Assembly: GCA_965222225.1 (NCBI GenBank)
Contig: CBDCTK010000002.1
Span: forward strand, 3,872,001 to 3,936,000
Length of the DNA stretch: 64,000 nucleotides
From: Candidatus Poribacteria bacterium
GTDB lineage: Bacteria > Poribacteria > WGA-4E > JAJDTR01
Direction: 5' to 3'
In this document: positions 20,243 through 29,896 of the stretch, piece by piece
How the letters are laid out: each line of letters opens with the position of its first letter
How positions within the stretch are numbered: position 1 is the stretch's first letter
Program-made: the position numbers and the translations under genes
Notes under the pieces: generated by a model
The model's input: only the letters and a program-made list of their open reading frames with translations
Told to the model about the DNA's origin: nothing
Databases searched by the model: none

Positions 20243-22210
20243 TTACACCAGCTCTTCAAAAGCAAGATCGCCTCGCGCCTCGTAAAAGATTGGCCGCATC
20301 TGCAGGTTTGTTTTTATCGGAACGGCGTCCGGATTTACCGGGAGATGAATTATGAATGTCGTTCCGCCTCCCTCCTTGCTGCGCAGATCTATACTCCCCA
20401 TGTGATCGCGCACCGTTCGTTGAACGATAGTCAAACCAAACCCGCTGCCTCCCTTTTTGCGCGTATACCCCGGCTGAAAGATTTTTTGCCGAAGTGTATC
20501 CGGAATACCCTCCCCTGTGTCAGCGAAGGAGATTTGAATTTTCGAGGATTGGGACTGATATTCGGTTTGAATCTGCAGGACACCCCCGTCTTCCATCGCT
20601 TCAAAAGCGTTGATTAGGACGTTATGAAACGCTTCTTTCAGTTGGCTCGAGTCGCCTTTGATAAACGGGAGATTCGCCGCTAAATCCGGTTGACACTCAA
20701 TTCTTTTGGCTGTACAAACGGACCTCAGTTTAATTAACAGATTCTCAATGAGCCTATTGATGTCAACCAGTTCCGAGACCGGCGCTTCTGTTCGCAGTGT
20801 GTCCAGGATTTCGGTCAACTGATTATACGAGTCCTCATGTTGAGTCAAGGTTCGATTGAGCATGCTATGCAGCTTGGAGGCAGGGTCCGACTGGCGCAAC
20901 GCCGATCGGAGCTGTACACCGCTAATGCTAACGAGGTTCTTAACACGATGCAAACGGGAAATCAGGCTTTGGTGCCCCTCGGCGCGCGCGACATCAATAA
21001 GTGAGAGAGAAAGTCGAAAGATTATCGCTGCGGCAACCTGTGGACGGAATGTTAGCCAGCCGCGGAGATCTTTTAGAAGTTCCTCGTCATGCTCGTAAAA
21101 GTAGAGTTTCGCAAGATTGTGGTATGGGGCTTCATAATCCGGCTCGAGTTGGATCGCTTGGCGAAATTCCTCGGCGGCTTTCTGAATCTGCTTTTCTTGC
21201 AAATACAAGAGCCCGAGATTATTTCTTACCTGAGCGGAGGGAGCATATTCCAAGCCCGTTTGATAAGCGGAAATCGCCAATTTCGCGTCGGCAGGATTAT
21301 CGTCGTAAAGACTTCCCAGAATAAAATAGACCTGATCCATCTGATCAAAGGTCTTCAACATCTCATTTCTTGATATTAATTGGACAAATTGATCGATTGC
21401 TTCCTGACGATACTCGGGATGATTGTAACGATTCTTCGCATAGAGCAGCCCTAGCGCAAAACGGGCATCCAGATGGTCGGGATCCCGTTCAACTGCACTT
21501 TTGAGGCAGTCAATCGCAAGACTCAAATCTCCTGAACGTTTCAGATGGACATCGGCAAGGTGATAATAAGCATCGGAGTCGTTGGGTTCGATGCTAAGAA
21601 TCTCCTCCAACACCTGTTGCGCTTCGGCCCACATCTGCCGTTTGATGTATAGCACAGCAAGGTTATAACGCGCGGCATAATTCGGCATTCGCGCCACGAC
21701 CTGTTGAAAATCGTGGCACGCTTTTTCAAGCTCGCCCCGCTTGTCATAGAGCGATCCGCGATCGTACCGCGCCTCGACATAAGACGGATCAAGTTCGATT
21801 GCCCTTGTGAATTCATGGATTGCTTCCTGCCACGCGCCGTCAAGATCGTAGTAGTCTTGGAGTAATTGCCCCAGCGAATAGTGATAATGCGCGCTCAACG
21901 GATTTAGCGAAATTGCCCTTTGGAAAGAATCTTTGGCGGCATCGAATTCCCCCTCCTTGTAGTATGCCAACCCTAATCTGTGATGAATAGCGGCGCACTC
22001 CGAATCCAGTTCCAGCGCACGTTTGTACGTTAGGATTGCAAGGCTATAGTGCCGTTCATTGAAATACCAATCTCCCAGAAGACACTGATCTCTTGCCACG
22101 GTGGTAGTTGGAGGATGGGGTTCCGCACGTGAAAGACGAGAGTCTTCGCCTTGGCGAAGACTAGCGGAATTTAGAGAGGGGTTGTGTGCGGGCGAGTAGG
22201 ATTTATGCAT
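20243..22210 (-). CDS. TPR-repeat sensor histidine kinase
   Basis: Many TPRs; H-box LHRVKN; NVLINAFEA, DTGEGI and GSGFGL HATPase boxes. Confidence 0.85.
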   Translation of the reverse strand: MHKSYSPAHNPSLNSASLRQGEDSRLSRAEPHPPTTTVARDQCLLGDWYFNERHYSLAILTYKRALELDSECAAIHHRLGLAYYKEGEFDAAKDSFQRAISLNPLSAHYHYSLGQLLQDYYDLDGAWQEAIHEFTRAIELDPSYVEARYDRGSLYDKRGELEKACHDFQQVVARMPNYAARYNLAVLYIKRQMWAEAQQVLEEILSIEPNDSDAYYHLADVHLKRSGDLSLAIDCLKSAVERDPDHLDARFALGLLYAKNRYNHPEYRQEAIDQFVQLISRNEMLKTFDQMDQVYFILGSLYDDNPADAKLAISAYQTGLEYAPSAQVRNNLGLLYLQEKQIQKAAEEFRQAIQLEPDYEAPYHNLAKLYFYEHDEELLKDLRGWLTFRPQVAAAIIFRLSLSLIDVARAEGHQSLISRLHRVKNLVSISGVQLRSALRQSDPASKLHSMLNRTLTQHEDSYNQLTEILDTLRTEAPVSELVDINRLIENLLIKLRSVCTAKRIECQPDLAANLPFIKGDSSQLKEAFHNVLINAFEAMEDGGVLQIQTEYQSQSSKIQISFADTGEGIPDTLRQKIFQPGYTRKKGGSGFGLTIVQRTVRDHMGSIDLRSKEGGGTTFIIHLPVNPDAVPIKTNLQMRPIFYEARGDLAFEELV

Positions 22211-22241
22211 CGTTGTGAGGTAGGAGTGATCTCCGAATCAA

Positions 22242-22350
22242 TCAACCGAGTGGATAGCGAGTAGGATTTTCTATCGCCTTGGGATTTCTATGAACTCCAT
22301 CACACTCGCTATTCACTCATTTGATCCCTCGTTGTCCACTCGGTCAATCC
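22242..22350. repeat. Micro-element cluster, mixed orientation, next to a GTAG-REP
   Basis: TCAACCGAGTGGATAGCGAGT followed by nested minus-strand copies. Confidence 0.75.
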
Positions 22351-22458
22351 TACAGGATTGCGGAAGAAAGAAAACGAGTTTTGAGGAAAAAACACTCGGT
22401 TTCGGGGGAAATAGCGTTGCTCTGCATAGATTTCCAAACGGATTCTTGCCAACCGAAC

Positions 22459-24030
22459 TCAAATGAGAAGCTCGTCGCCGATTGGAAAGAATTGATCCGC
22501 CATTCGTTGCAGGTCCATGGATGTATTATGCTCGAAAGCGACAACCTCGACTCGCTTGCCTTGTTGCTTTATAAGCTCCGCAAGCGCGCAAAAGTCACCG
22601 TCGCCGCTGGCTAGAATTACGACATCAAGCGCTCCTAGCATTGACACGATGTCAATTGCGATGCCCACATCCCAGTCCCCCTTTGCTGTACCATCTCCTC
22701 GGAGACGCAAGTCCTTGCTTTTTATGGTATATCCATTATGCTCAAGAAGGGACAAAAATCCCGACTGGTTTATCTCGGGAATCTGGACGACATAGGCATA
22801 CGCCACGACAAGCTGCCGCGGGCCAACGATGAGATCGAGTAGTTTGATATAATCCACTCGCCCGGCATACCGGTCTTTGGCGGCGTAGAACATGTTCTGA
22901 ACATCCACAAAAACACCAACACTCGGCTGTTCTTTCAGTACCCTATTTTGCAAACTCTGTCTGGAATCGTGTTGACCAAAAAATTGTTCCACTTTGTCGC
23001 GGGTGCGTAGAAGTGCCGACTTTGACATCTCGGAGAACTTGCTCAGTTCTGATACCTGCGACTGGAAGTCCGAGTGCATTCGTTCAATCGTTTGATTACC
23101 TTTATAAACGAGTTCCTCAAAGGATTTCAATTCAACAGCAAACTCCGCTTGCGTAACCTTCTGAAAGGATTGAATTTCCGCAGACTGATTCGACAGTTTT
23201 TCAACCTGCCGTTTGAGGTTGTGAATCTCCAGTTGTAGCTGTTGAACATGTATATCTTGTTCCATGAATCGGTGTTCTTTTTCCCGGAAATCCTCGTTTT
23301 CTTGAAGAGACTGTTGCAGTTGCCGTTTGAGGTCTTCATTATCTTTTTTTTGAGCGGCATACTCATCGTTCAGTTGATTTACCGTTTGCTGGAGTCGGAC
23401 AAGTTTCCGATTAGTTTCGAGATGGGGATCTTCCTTTGGAATTGGGGCCTGTGCGATTTTCTCGGTCAGTACGTCCGCACCAACGTCCAATGCTTGAATT
23501 GCATTGATGCTTTCATTTGTCCTAGTTTTCGGCGAGTGGACACCGCGATTGGTGTCATTAGTTTTTGCGTCATGTTCGGATCTCGTCAAGCTGCCAAAAT
23601 TGGCTATTTCATGGACAGACTGCTCATATTCTTTGAGGAGTTTTTGTCCGTGCCGTTGGACGTCTTGGCGGGAATCAGTCAAAAGTGCCCACACAATCTC
23701 GGTGAAGTCTCCTCCTTCGACCAAAAGTGTGCAAGTTCTTAGGAAAGTTTGAATCTCCTGCAAATCCATATAGCCGACCCGGCGAATTGCTCCTTCCGTC
23801 TTCTGCACGAGATACTCATGCACGACCTGTTGAGCGGTCTCTTGACGAAAAAAAGCCTCGGCTAGATTCTCGATAACCCAATTGACAGAACGAGAGTCCA
23901 TCTGCGCGGGGGCGTCACGGATACCGCATCGGGTTTTTAGGCTGGTTATCTCCTTTTCGTCAAGCAATTCAGTAAGAATCCAAGTAAGTTGGTGTTTGTC
24001 GATTTGAATCTTTATATTTTGCTGAATCAT
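22459..24030 (-). CDS. Coiled-coil protein with C-terminal NYN (LabA/DUF88, PIN-like) domain
   Basis: VFVDVQNMFY, KGDWDVGIAID and LASGDGDF motifs. Confidence 0.88.
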   Translation of the reverse strand: MIQQNIKIQIDKHQLTWILTELLDEKEITSLKTRCGIRDAPAQMDSRSVNWVIENLAEAFFRQETAQQVVHEYLVQKTEGAIRRVGYMDLQEIQTFLRTCTLLVEGGDFTEIVWALLTDSRQDVQRHGQKLLKEYEQSVHEIANFGSLTRSEHDAKTNDTNRGVHSPKTRTNESINAIQALDVGADVLTEKIAQAPIPKEDPHLETNRKLVRLQQTVNQLNDEYAAQKKDNEDLKRQLQQSLQENEDFREKEHRFMEQDIHVQQLQLEIHNLKRQVEKLSNQSAEIQSFQKVTQAEFAVELKSFEELVYKGNQTIERMHSDFQSQVSELSKFSEMSKSALLRTRDKVEQFFGQHDSRQSLQNRVLKEQPSVGVFVDVQNMFYAAKDRYAGRVDYIKLLDLIVGPRQLVVAYAYVVQIPEINQSGFLSLLEHNGYTIKSKDLRLRGDGTAKGDWDVGIAIDIVSMLGALDVVILASGDGDFCALAELIKQQGKRVEVVAFEHNTSMDLQRMADQFFPIGDELLI

Positions 24031-24072
24031 TTTAGGCCTCCAGTAGTTGCGATTGTTTTTTGAAACGTAGGA

Positions 24073-24189
24073 TCAAGCGAACGATCAACTGAGCGGATAG
24101 CGAAGGCGATAGTAAATCCCATAGTGAGTGCGATAGAGATTCCCTCAAACGAGATCGACCGAACTGACAGTGAGTGCGACAGCTTTTTC
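24073..24189 (+). repeat. Cleanly nested micro-elements (inner 24085-24120 inside outer 24073-24144) plus further copies
   Basis: Removing the inner 36 bp restores an intact outer copy. Confidence 0.88.
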
Positions 24190-24232
24190 CCGCTTTCTCT
24201 GATTATCCGTAGGAACGATCTTCCAATCCCTA

Positions 24233-24808
24233 CTATCTCCGAATGGTTGTATCACTAGAAGAAACAATCCATTCCGCAGCCGCATAAATATCCGCGAATA
24301 CCCGTTGGGGCTGCATTGGGGAAGCAGCACCCACATCATTAGTCAAACTCGATTTGTGACCATTCCCTGTTAATACAAGCAACGGACAAACGCCAAACTC
24401 ATTCCCCGCCTGAATGTCGCTATTTGAATCGCCAATTAAGTAGGTGTTATCTATATCAATTTCATGTTGCGATGCCGCCCGCAACAGCATACCGGGTTTA
24501 GGTTTGCGGCACGTGCAATTCTCGTCATCACGATGGGGGCAATAGTAAACGGCGTGGATACGACCGCCGGCGCCCTCGATTTCAGCCAACATCTTGCAGT
24601 GGATTTCGTTCAGCATCTTGAGTGACAGAATTCCTTTATTGATGCAAGCTTGATTTGTGACGGTGATGAGTTGATAGCCGGCATGAGTGAGCAATCTGAT
24701 TGCCTCCAGAGAGTTTGGCAGAAACTCAAACTCACTCCAACTTTTGACATAATCACTATCGCGATTACGGTTGATTACGCCGTCCCGATCAAGAAACACC
24801 GTCTTCAT
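24233..24808 (-). CDS. gmhB: D-glycero-D-manno-heptose 1,7-bisphosphate phosphatase
   Basis: FLDRDGVIN, TNQ and CPH...C.CRKPKPG motifs. Confidence 0.93.
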   Translation of the reverse strand: MKTVFLDRDGVINRNRDSDYVKSWSEFEFLPNSLEAIRLLTHAGYQLITVTNQACINKGILSLKMLNEIHCKMLAEIEGAGGRIHAVYYCPHRDDENCTCRKPKPGMLLRAASQHEIDIDNTYLIGDSNSDIQAGNEFGVCPLLVLTGNGHKSSLTNDVGAASPMQPQRVFADIYAAAEWIVSSSDTTIRR

Positions 24809-25821
24809 TCGGCGCTACCGGGGTGGATGCCCTGCATGAGTTGACCTTGATTCACGGCAACGCAACCCACCTCTCCGCAAACGATGCCTCCCGCAAGATT
24901 GGAAAGCCGGGCAGCCTCAAGCATGTCGGCTCCTGCGGCAAGAGCTAACGTGTACACGGCTACGACCGTATCGCCAGCCCCCGTGTCGTCGAACACCTCT
25001 TGCGCCTGTGTGGGAATGTGATCTACGCGCAATTCCCCCTCGCAGCTCCGCCGAAAGAGCGACATTCCCTGCTCGCCGCGCGTAATCAACAACCCATCAA
25101 GATTGAGTCTATCCAATATCTCCTCGCCGACGGCAACCAAGCTTTTCTCATCAGAAATCTTCCTGTTGACAGCAAGCCCCGCCTCTTTATGGTTCGGAGT
25201 GATGGATGTCACGCCTTTGTAGTTCCAAAAATTCTCAACTTTCGGATCGACAACAACCGGTTTTCCGTGCTGTCGCGCGGTACGAAGTACTCCCTCGATT
25301 AATCTACCGCTGACGCCGCCCTTGTCATAATCTTCAAAAACAATGGCATCGACATACGGTACGCGACTGAGGGCATTTTTCATCAGCTGCTCGTGGATCT
25401 TAGTTTTTACGGGCGCATTTGATTCCCGATCCAAACGCACAAGCTGTTGATGGGTTGATGTACTGGTGCTCGAAGTTCGCGCGATGACGCGGGTTTTGGT
25501 GCTCGTGGGCCGATCCGCGTCAATGCAAATTCCACTCGCATCTATCCCGATCTGCTCAAGCATCTGAATCAACTTCTTTCCGTTGTCGTCATCCCCGACA
25601 ACGCCAATCAGGTCGACCCGTCCACCCAAATTGACGATATTCTGTGCGACATTCGCGGCGCCCCCGGTACGAGTTGTTTCGGAGGCAATCTCCAGCACGG
25701 GCACGGGCGCTTCCGGCGAAATCCGATTGACATCCCCCCAGATGTACTCATCCAAGATGACATCACCGATGATGAGGACCTGCCTCCCTTCAAGCTGATC
25801 CAGAACCGTTTGAAGACTCAC
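24805..25821 (-). CDS. hldA: D-glycero-beta-D-manno-heptose-7-phosphate kinase (HldA/RfaE domain I)
   Basis: GDVILDEY, RISPEAPVPV, DYDKG and D.TGAGDTV motifs. Confidence 0.9.
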   Translation of the reverse strand: MSLQTVLDQLEGRQVLIIGDVILDEYIWGDVNRISPEAPVPVLEIASETTRTGGAANVAQNIVNLGGRVDLIGVVGDDDNGKKLIQMLEQIGIDASGICIDADRPTSTKTRVIARTSSTSTSTHQQLVRLDRESNAPVKTKIHEQLMKNALSRVPYVDAIVFEDYDKGGVSGRLIEGVLRTARQHGKPVVVDPKVENFWNYKGVTSITPNHKEAGLAVNRKISDEKSLVAVGEEILDRLNLDGLLITRGEQGMSLFRRSCEGELRVDHIPTQAQEVFDDTGAGDTVVAVYTLALAAGADMLEAARLSNLAGGIVCGEVGCVAVNQGQLMQGIHPGSAE

Positions 25822-26123
25822 TATACTCTCACATCAAGCACGTTTCAACACAAAAGTTTTTCCCACATCGACTAGGAAGAGTAGGATTGGAAGAATGGAA
25901 GAATGGAAGATTCTCTTCCACGCCACTCTCCTGGCTCCAATATTACCCGCGGCAACGGGCTGACATCGGACGCACGATAATTCTAGCACATCTTGATGGA
26001 CACATCAAGTGTTCATTTTTTGGACGAGTTTACTAAGTCTAATTGAGCAGGGCTTGTAATTTGGTAGGTGTATGCAAAGGCGCGACAAAGAAGAAATACC
26101 GATTTCCGCGGGAAATGGGGTGG

Positions 26124-27215
26124 TCACGGTCGAAAAATAACCTGATAAACCTTGATGTCGTTTGTCCCGAAATCGCTGACGAAAACTCGATCGTCTCTGG
26201 ATACAACGATGCCAACGGGTTCAACGAGTATGTCGCTCCCAAATTCCGTCAGGGGTTCGCCGTTTGGCGTAAAGATCTGCACCCGCCGATTTCCGCGGTC
26301 GGTGACATAAAGGGAGTTCCAGCGGTCCAAGCCAATTTGGTTCGGTTCTCGGAACTGCCCGAGCGCCGTGCCTTCGCCCCCCCATATTTGGACGAGATTG
26401 GCGCTGAAGTCATACTTTTTGACCCGGTGGTTGCCCGAGTCGACGACATAGATGTTTCCATAGGGGTCGACAACGAGGCCCGTCGGATCTCGAAACTGTT
26501 CGTTCTCGCCCCCGAAACTTCCGCGAATTAGGGCGGGGCGACCTTCGCTATCGAACTGAATAAAACGGTTGTTTCCGGTATCGACAACGTAGATTTCCCC
26601 ATTCCGTCCGATTCCGATCCCGTTGGGCAGATCCAACTCGATAGGCGCGCCCGTACTCAAGTTTCCGGAGTCGCCACCAGGGTAATCACCCAACATAAGA
26701 TGAAAAATACGATCCACAAGATTGCAATACTGCACCCGGCTGTTTCCCGTGTCGATGACGTAAAGAATCTCTGTGCGTTGAAAATTGATGGCGGTGGCGG
26801 TCGGCTGATCGAACTCTCCGGTTCGCCATCCACGGCTACCGAATTCCGTGATGAAATTCCCGTCAAAATCAACGACGTGGATGCGATTATTTCCCGAATC
26901 TGCGACGTACAAGTGACCGAGCCGATCCAATGCCAATCCGAACGGCTGAATAAACTGCCCGGCGCCTTGACCGGGGCCGCCAATCGTCCCGACATAGTTT
27001 ACGCCGAGTATTTGCGGGGAGGGTTGAATGCGCGTGGATGGGACTATTTGAGGCGAAGCAATCTTCCGGACAAGCTGGGACGTTCCCGATTGATTTTCGA
27101 GGATGGCATGACCATCGGCAACCGACTGATTGCCGGCTTGTCGCGGTGAGGCACAACTCGCGAATATAGGAAAGACAATAAGATACAGTAATGGATACCA
27201 TCTCCGATACATCAC
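26124..27215 (-). CDS. NHL-repeat lipoprotein
   Basis: Lipobox FASC; repeated G.F..P.G...D..G..YV.D.GN.R units. Confidence 0.85.
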   Translation of the reverse strand: MMYRRWYPLLYLIVFPIFASCASPRQAGNQSVADGHAILENQSGTSQLVRKIASPQIVPSTRIQPSPQILGVNYVGTIGGPGQGAGQFIQPFGLALDRLGHLYVADSGNNRIHVVDFDGNFITEFGSRGWRTGEFDQPTATAINFQRTEILYVIDTGNSRVQYCNLVDRIFHLMLGDYPGGDSGNLSTGAPIELDLPNGIGIGRNGEIYVVDTGNNRFIQFDSEGRPALIRGSFGGENEQFRDPTGLVVDPYGNIYVVDSGNHRVKKYDFSANLVQIWGGEGTALGQFREPNQIGLDRWNSLYVTDRGNRRVQIFTPNGEPLTEFGSDILVEPVGIVVSRDDRVFVSDFGTNDIKVYQVIFRP

Positions 27216-27832
27216 TTAAGTGTACCTTTGATGACTTCAAACTTGAAGACAAAAGTGGTTTGCGTATCTTCGAAGTCGTTGCTAACTTTCGGCACGATGA
27301 CGCGTAGACTTGTAGATTTAATGCTCCGCTTGCGAAAGTAGAGGAAGAATTGCGTCCGATGATTTGGCATGATCGTCGTTCTTTCGATATCTTCTCGAGG
27401 AAGCGCGACCGAGCTTCCTTCCGTGCGAAGTGTGCGGTCATGTCGAAAGAGTTCCATCGCAAATTCGGGAGGCAACTTCGGCTTAAAATTTTTGCCCAAG
27501 AAGAACGACTCTTGGGACTTGTCAATCGGCTTTGTTACGTTGCCAGCCTGATCCAGCAACTGGCAATCTTTTCGTTTGAACGAAACCCAATTGCTAGTGC
27601 GGTTAAATATCAAAATACCGAATGCGTCAACTGCCTTCACATCGTTCAGCGGCACAGCCATCGCCGTGATGCCGTCTTTCTCGTAAATGACAGTGCCAGT
27701 CTGTGGAAGAATGACCGCCTCCGCGTCAAATTGTGGGACAATCTGCACGGGTTGCAGGGCGGAACATCCCAAGGTTGTCGCCAGTAGTAGGAACGCTATA
27801 ATTTCTGTGCCGAGTTGTGTATATTTTTTCAT
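27212..27832 (-). CDS. Hypothetical lipoprotein
   Basis: Lipobox TLGC; overlaps the next gene's start. Confidence 0.7.
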   Translation of the reverse strand: MKKYTQLGTEIIAFLLLATTLGCSALQPVQIVPQFDAEAVILPQTGTVIYEKDGITAMAVPLNDVKAVDAFGILIFNRTSNWVSFKRKDCQLLDQAGNVTKPIDKSQESFFLGKNFKPKLPPEFAMELFRHDRTLRTEGSSVALPREDIERTTIMPNHRTQFFLYFRKRSIKSTSLRVIVPKVSNDFEDTQTTFVFKFEVIKGTLK

Positions 27833-28138
27833 AGGACTTTGGACGCGAGAAACGCTTCCTTTCGTTGATTTTTTAGTGTCATAGGTAGGAGGGAATTCCG
27901 ATTCCCGACGATTGGCTTCAACCTAGGGCGGATTCCATCTCGCTCGAAAGATCAAGACTCTTTTGCGCGATCAGGTTGGGCGTGAGCGTGGTGGCTGCTA
28001 CGATGCCGATTAACATGAGCACGCCGCCGAGCGCAATGTACCCCGATTTCTGCTTGTAATTCATATATATCTGCCTTTTGTACGGAAAATATGTAGGTTA
28101 GGTTTAGTTGAATATGTGGGAATAGTAAGATTCCATAA

Positions 28139-28297
28139 GAGCCTGTTTGAAAATACAGTTTGTAAGGTGCGATCAAGCGAATGAATAATGAGCGCGATAG
28201 AGATCCTACAGATATGTAGCAGCCAACAATGAAAACATGAAAAAACTTCCGACAAATGACTAAAAATGGCTTTGCCACCGATAATTCAAGCAGGCTC
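28139..28297. mobile_element. MITE with TIR GAGCCTG(T/C)TTGAA and TAA target duplication, carrying a micro-element (28173-28207)
   Basis: TAA|GAGCCTGTTTGAA...TTCAAGCAGGCTC|TAA; homologs at 47516 and 60378. Confidence 0.85.
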
Positions 28298-28371
28298 TAA
28301 GATTCCCTTTTCAAGTAAAAACTAGGATTCACCGCAAGTACATTTTCAATCGGATTCTTATAGCTATTCGC

Positions 28372-29217
28372 TTACGAACACTCGGTGGAGGTTCCACGTG
28401 CCTTGGCGAAGAAACCGAGCAGCTTTCCCAGTGTTTCAGGCAAGCCCTCACGCGGAATGTAGCGATCGATGAACGCGTCGCAATTCGGTGCGTCCAGGAT
28501 GCTTTCCATCCTCGTCTGTGTGGCGGCGACAAGCCGTTGTTCCGTAAGGGTGAGGGCAGAGGGACTTGCGCCTTCAGCCAATACAATATCGCCTGTCGGA
28601 AATCTGGTTGAGAGTGCGCCGGCGTTCGCGTCTGTCAGCACAGTTATCTGTGGCAGCCTTGTTTCCGACAGTTTCGCCATTTCGGTTGATAGATAAGTGA
28701 TTTCGGCGAAGGACAACTCGGAGGCAGATGTTCGATCTGTCGCATTCAACTTCGGCACGGCGTCGTTTGAATAAACGCATATCAGCGGAAACCCCTTCAG
28801 CAGCGCGGTACGAATCGCAATGAGCAGTGTGACGAAATGAAGTCGCTGTGGGGGCGCAAGAGGATGAATAACAGTCAGAATGGTCGGGCATCCTGAAATC
28901 TCCCCCTCGCCAGCGGCTATAATGCGATCCGGCAAATCCGGGCAAACGGTTTGAGCAACCAAATCCGTAAGATCGAGGGATTCCAGCAATGATGGCGGTG
29001 CGGAGGTAGGAAAAAGGTCTGTCCATAAGTCGGTTGAAAATATATGGTTCAAACGTTGCTCTGCCGGGAAAGGAAGATAGTACCCACACGAGGGGCAGAG
29101 GTACAGATTGCGTTCTAACGCTTGCCTGAACGCAAGTTCATCACAACCATCGCACTTATGCCATAACCCGTCGGGGCTTTCTTTATGTTCTGTTGCTGGA
29201 TTCACTGGCGTCTCCAC
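28372..29217 (-). CDS. AccD-like protein with intact zinc finger and degenerate carboxyltransferase domain
   Basis: LWHKCDGC...NLYLCPSCGYY...QRL; GGSMG, SGGARMQE and TTGG motifs absent. Confidence 0.65.
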   Translation of the reverse strand: METPVNPATEHKESPDGLWHKCDGCDELAFRQALERNLYLCPSCGYYLPFPAEQRLNHIFSTDLWTDLFPTSAPPSLLESLDLTDLVAQTVCPDLPDRIIAAGEGEISGCPTILTVIHPLAPPQRLHFVTLLIAIRTALLKGFPLICVYSNDAVPKLNATDRTSASELSFAEITYLSTEMAKLSETRLPQITVLTDANAGALSTRFPTGDIVLAEGASPSALTLTEQRLVAATQTRMESILDAPNCDAFIDRYIPREGLPETLGKLLGFFAKARGTSTECS

Positions 29218-29309
29218 GAAATCGGTTTTTCATCAGCTAATACCATTCCGCTTGAATAATAGTGCATATGATGTCTGAATTATATCGTTCACTTTCTCCG
29301 TAGACGGGA

Positions 29310-29358
29310 TCAACTGACTGGATAAGGAAGGCGATAGCTAATCCCGATAGAGATTTCC
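29310..29358 (+). repeat. Micro-element with extra 3' end
   Basis: After GTAGACGGGA: TCAACTGACTGGATAAGGAAGGCGATAGCTAATCCC then GATAGAGATTTCC. Confidence 0.8.
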
Positions 29359-29487
29359 TTGCCCCGCCGACTTTGCACGGAGACAAGGCGTCTTATTCCG
29401 CTCCACGCAAGATTCTTTAATTGATCCACGTAATCAATGCACTTGCATTTTAAAGAAATGGTATAATACGCATGCTCGGTAAAATTA

Positions 29488-29838
29488 TCACCCTTCCTGA
29501 AACGATCGTATTGCCTCCTCTTCATTATCATATCGGTCAAAGATAGTCATCAGTTTCGACATAACAATCAGGCTGTTGATGTTCCCGCTGACATTCAGCA
29601 AGGCGATGCGTCCACCCCTGCGTTGGACAGACGTGTAGGCGGCGATGACGATTCCAAGACCGGAACTGTCCATCGCCCGCACATGTTTCATGTTTAGCAG
29701 CATTCTCACGTCGCCATCTTCTGCGCTGCCAATCTCTTCATCAATGATATTCTTGAGCGCGAGGCTTTCGGATTCGGTGATTCTCCCGTCAATGTCTAGA
29801 ACGGTTACTCCTCCCGTTTGGCGGACATCAATGTTCAT
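29488..29838 (-). CDS. STAS anti-sigma factor antagonist (RsbV/SpoIIAA-like)
   Basis: MDSSGLG phospho-Ser motif. Confidence 0.9.
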   Translation of the reverse strand: MNIDVRQTGGVTVLDIDGRITESESLALKNIIDEEIGSAEDGDVRMLLNMKHVRAMDSSGLGIVIAAYTSVQRRGGRIALLNVSGNINSLIVMSKLMTIFDRYDNEEEAIRSFQEG

Positions 29839-29896
29839 GAAAAACTCCCCGAGGTAGCGATGCCTTCGAGCTAAATCCGGCGATGGCTGACGTAGG

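Noticed and set aside
24073-24189. Micro-element clusters as CRISPR arrays (35-36 bp units)
   Set aside because: No alternation of constant repeat and unique spacer; units are nested, dispersed and variable; no cas genes in the window.
27952-28278. Similar short ORFs at 27952, 47426, 10522, 60427 and 60645 suggesting a small-protein family
   Set aside because: The similarity comes from the underlying MITE and micro-element DNA; no consistent start or RBS.
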